A DNA stretch of 64,000 bases, taken from Amphiscolops sp. MND2022 (taxonomy: Eukaryota). The stretch lies in the NCBI GenBank assembly GCA_964187785.1, contig OZ076409.1:61320001-61384000 (forward strand), given 5' to 3'. Shown here in pieces: positions 60,190 to 64,000 of the stretch. A model generated the notes under the pieces. That model was not told the origin of the DNA and made no database searches. It was given only the letters and a program-made list of their open reading frames with translations. The translations under genes were made by a program, and so were the position numbers. Numbering within the stretch: position 1 is the stretch's first letter; each line of letters opens with the position of its first letter.

Positions 60190-60734
60190 GTAATTTTAGT
60201 TTGGGCGCCTGTGGTTCAGTTCTTCGTAACAAGATGGGAACCTCCAAAGTTGACTTCCTCTTAAGGCCCTTAAAGCCGAAGTACTTCAAGTACGCTAAAA
60301 CCTGTTTTGGAGAAATTTCGTAACATCTAGCACTGCTGGAAATATATCCAAGGGGCTCTGTCAAATGAAATATATTTGGAATGAAAGTCGCAGCGCCGAA
60401 AAAAAAACAAAAAACCCTTTGGTCTTCATTCTACTTTTGCAAGCATAAACATTTGCTCCGGCGCAGGATTCGAACCCAGGTACAATTGCAGAACATGAAG
60501 AACTTCGACACAGCTGCATCAAAAGTGCCGCGAAATTTGTCCTATATGTTAGCCTTATATACGACCGGGTGTCCTATAAAAATTGAGGAAGTGTCCTACA
60601 TTTCGTTCTACTTTCGGAGCATGCCCGGTAAAGAAAAGAAATACGGCTTTGAAAATTGTCAATTCAATTTCTTTAGCGTGTTTTCTTGAAGGCCCTCAAA
60701 TCACATTGAAGAAGTGAATTCACATTACTTGCCG

Positions 60735-61008
60735 GTCCCCCTTCAATTTTTTGATGTTTTGCGACAGAATGGATGATGAAAAACCCCAAAGTGTCCTCCC
60801 TTTCAGTTTTTCGGCATTGTGAGACTTTTTTTCTAAAATTTTTTTCTCTCTAAAGGGTCCCCCTTCAATTTCTTTGATAATTTACAACAGATTGGGTGTT
60901 TAAAAATCCCAAAGGGTCTACCCTTTCAGTTTTTCGGCATTGTGAGACTTTTTTTCTAAAATTTTTTTCTCTCCAAAGGGGTCCCCCTTCATTTTTTTGA
61001 TAATTTTT
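60735..61008 (+). repeat. Array of AAGGGTCCCCCTT units (family C/D interior)
   Basis: Repeating GGTCCCCCTTCAATTTTTTGAT / TTTTCGGCATTGTGAGAC units; termini not seen. Confidence 0.7.
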
Positions 61009-61819
61009 CGAATTCAGGTTTGCAAATTAGATGGTAAAAAGTCCACAAATCAATGGTAGCTTGTGCAAAACGTGGCCTTCGCCTAAAAATCAATCACAGA
61101 CTTGAGCAAAATAATCGAAGCGATAGATTGAGACGAAAGAAAATATCGATATGTATATTGACTTCAAGTTCATGTTTTGCCGCTTTTCTTTTGATTTCGC
61201 TTCCGGCAATAAATTTGGCACTGGTTCAACTTTTGTGACGAAAACTCGTTACGTGCTTTAATGTTTTGAAACTTTTCGTAATTGCTTGCAAATTTGATGA
61301 ACATTAAACTGACTACACAACTGATTTTTTTTCTATCCCCGCTTGTTTTTTGTTCATCTGCCATTTTATTGCGTCGATCGTGGATTCGAAGGCCAATGAC
61401 GATTCGGCGGTATGCATTTAACTGCCTACCATTTGATTTAAGGGGACCGTGCACATTGGTATATTCAGTACTCGTCGTGAAAGGAATTATCACGGGACCG
61501 AAAACTGTTTGTTCGCGCCATGCGAACACAGGAAACAGAAAATAATAATTAATTCGGACTTCCAGTGAAACAAAAAATCATCTAATTGAAATATCCAAGT
61601 GCCTTTGCTTTACTTCAACCTAGGTTTCATATTTCAAAGGTTGCTTCTTGAAGCTGCAATGTTTTTCGTTGGTATCACCTTTCTCTCTCAATGAAAGGTT
61701 CACATCAAAGCAAACCTTTCATCGTTGTTAACACTACGGCGATAATCAGCAATGCAAAGCTTCTCGTATATGAGTACCGATATACACTATTTAACAAATG
61801 GTTTAACCATATGGTTAAA

Positions 61820-62880
61820 AAGTCCGCCAGTTAAACGCTTTTCAACTATAACCATATGGGCACTTGCTGAAATCACCGAATTTATGCGAAAAACAATTGA
61901 CAAACAAGCCGGGAACGGCTAAAGTCGGCGCGATATCTAAGGCTCAAAATTGTAAAAGGCGGGACCCTTTGGGCTTTGTGAAACCCCAGTTGTGCAAAAT
62001 ATGAAAAAATTAAAGGGGGACCCTTGAGAGATTTCAAAAAATTTCCGGAAAAAAATTGAAACTGAGATTTTTGAACAGTGTCACAGTGCCGAAAAATGTA
62101 AACCCTTTGGGATTTTTTGACATCCATTGTGTGGCAAAATATCGAAACAAATGAAGGGGAGACCCTTTGGTGGAATGCGAAAAAATTCGAAAAAAAATCG
62201 CATAGCGCCGAAAAAAATCCGAGTGAAAAACACCAAAATGGGAGTTCTATGTTTTCGAGGTTCCGGACGTCGATGTTTTTATTTTGAACGAGGTTCTGGC
62301 GTTTCGAGTATGTTTTGGACGACCGTGGTTCAAGTTGATGATGTTGAACAAAAAAGCGGGAACAGTACGGGTCTAAAAAACTACTTACTGTTAGAGTCGG
62401 GCTCATTTTCTACTAAAATGCGACTAAAATGCTTGGCAGCTTTCATTGATTTGAAAAAAGCTTTTGATATGGTAGATCATAATCTCATTGGAAAAAACGA
62501 ATAGCTTTGGATTACGTGGTCAAATATAAAGTTGCTCATAGATTACCTATCTGATAGAGAACAGTTCGTATTTTCTGGTAATCGAAAATCATCATCGAAG
62601 AGCATTGAATATGAAGTTCCACAAGGTTCAATCTTGGTTCCACTTTTGTTTTTGATATACATGAATGATTTGCCTGAAACATGTTGAAATTCAGAAATGG
62701 TTCTTCTTGCTGATGATACAGCAATTATATCTTCTAAAAGCTGAAAAAATGTAATAAAAGACGTTTAATTGGATTTAGAAGGCATGAATGCCAAATTCCA
62801 GTATCTACGCGTTAGTATTGATAAACGATTGAATTTTCATAGCTATATAGCGAAATGTTCAAAAATGTTAAATGGATACG
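61820..62880 (+). mobile_element. CR1-group LINE RT fragment split by a family C insertion
   Basis: ALAEITEFMRKTIDK | insertion | CLAAFIDLKKAFDMVDH...YLSDREQFV...VPQGSILVPLLFLIYMNDL...LADDT; contains stops. Confidence 0.88.
61902..62429 (-). mobile_element. Family C Helentron-like element
   Basis: Minus-strand head TTTTAGTCGC...GCCCGACT and tail GCGCCGACTTT-AGCCG-TTCC-CGGCT-TGTTT. Inserted in an A/T run within a LINE frame with no evident TSD. Confidence 0.82.
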
Positions 62881-63130
62881 AATTCATGCTGAATTTTCCA
62901 TCAGATTTTATGTGGAAATACTTTCCAGTTATACCGACACAAGCTTAACTTCAAACATGACAAATTACTGACAATCAGGTCGAACAATCGATTGAACTTT
63001 TTTATTTGAATTGCATTCTCTATTGGCGAAAAATTTTCCATTTTCAAAAAAAGATTTGTGCAAAAACTCATTAGCCTTGAAAATTCCGCCTCTTGTTAAG
63101 TCGACATTTCAATAAAAGACAAATATTTTC

Positions 63131-63453
63131 ATTATTTCGGCGATAGCAGGAATAATATTGAAATCTGAATTATTGAACTTTTTTGGTAGTTATGCATTCG
63201 TACGCCGAGTTATTGAGATGAAGCGAATGAGTGTTAATTATTCATTCGCCGAGAGCTTCGAATGCATCCTAATGCGAATGCGAAATTTCGTCTACGCTCA
63301 GTAGTTGTATTTTCTTTAGCTCGAGAAGAATTGAAGGCGGTGTAAACTGGTACAGTAAATAATTGTGCGCTATAAAAATGATTAAATTCTATTATTGAAC
63401 ACGAAGGAAGCCTAAAAGCAGAAATAATACTGTGCCCCGCAGGGGCATATTTT
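63131..63453 (+). mobile_element. Family A HINE-like element, internally deleted
   Basis: ATTATTTCGGC head; GCAGAAATAAT subTIR; hairpin TGCCCC-GCA-GGGGCA then TATTTT. Confidence 0.8.
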
Positions 63454-64000
63454 CAAATTTCGGTTTCATATGGAACGTGAACACTTTTGTCCATATTGGC
63501 AGACACAAAAACTCAATGCTATGACACTTTTGACTGAAGTGAATATTATCAGTTTTTGAATGTTTTTGCTTTTCTGAAGTTACTGTGTTGGTTCTGAAAT
63601 GTTATCAAATAAAAGATCCTTGTTTCATCCTTTTAGGCTTGCACATCTAAAATATGGCTGTTTTAAAAAGCAAAGTTTCAGTGAAGTTTCCCATTTTTCA
63701 AACTACTTCTGTAATGCACAGAAAAAAGACAAATTTCATCAAGTGTTTGATACTCAATTTGGTTCAACTTTGTCTGCAATGCAAAACAGAGGACTCAAAT
63801 CTGATTAGACTCAACATATCCCTGATTTTCATTCCCCAAAACGTAAATATTGTCACCAAAATATCCAATAACCGGCCATCTTTCATTACGTCATCCGTTT
63901 TCTACGTCATTGTTCATATTGAAATGCAGACTGTAGCAGCAATGCATGACATTTTTAATGATTTTCGATGTTGCAAGCAGATGTTTTTTCATCCTCCCAT

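Noticed and set aside
63864..63912. CCAAT and TACGTCA motifs as a promoter
   Set aside because: No associated gene is visible in the window, and such short motifs occur by chance.

Overview
AT-rich eukaryotic DNA, almost certainly from an invertebrate animal, and very rich in transposons. There is a 200-N scaffold gap at 28357-28556. I found no prokaryotic features or CRISPR arrays. Only two intact host coding regions are recognisable, both on the minus strand: an InaF-motif small membrane protein (10728-10970) and a small heat-shock protein (14711-15307) with a clear TATA/Inr/HSE promoter. A heavily deleted cytosolic HSP70 pseudogene (18323-19375) lies head-to-head with the sHSP. A 3 x ~1.07 kb tandem array containing hairpins separates the two intact genes. 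The rest is decayed autonomous elements (Bel/Pao, Ty3/Gypsy, CRE-like and CR1-group LINEs, Tc1, two hAT-like elements, Tigger/pogo) and many non-autonomous ones. The most unusual structures are: (i) foldback elements, several with 9-bp TSDs, that have unrelated repeat-built arms but share two homologous GCGAAGC-containing core cassettes, nest inside each other's cassettes, and appear to swap arms by cassette-to-cassette recombination (23.6-30.9 kb, plus copies at 1.0, 17.8 and 59.8 kb); and (ii) at least four Helentron/Helitron2-like non-autonomous families with covarying terminal hairpins and subterminal inverted repeats, some carrying tRNA-like Pol III boxes. Family assignments come from recognising motifs by eye, not from database searches.
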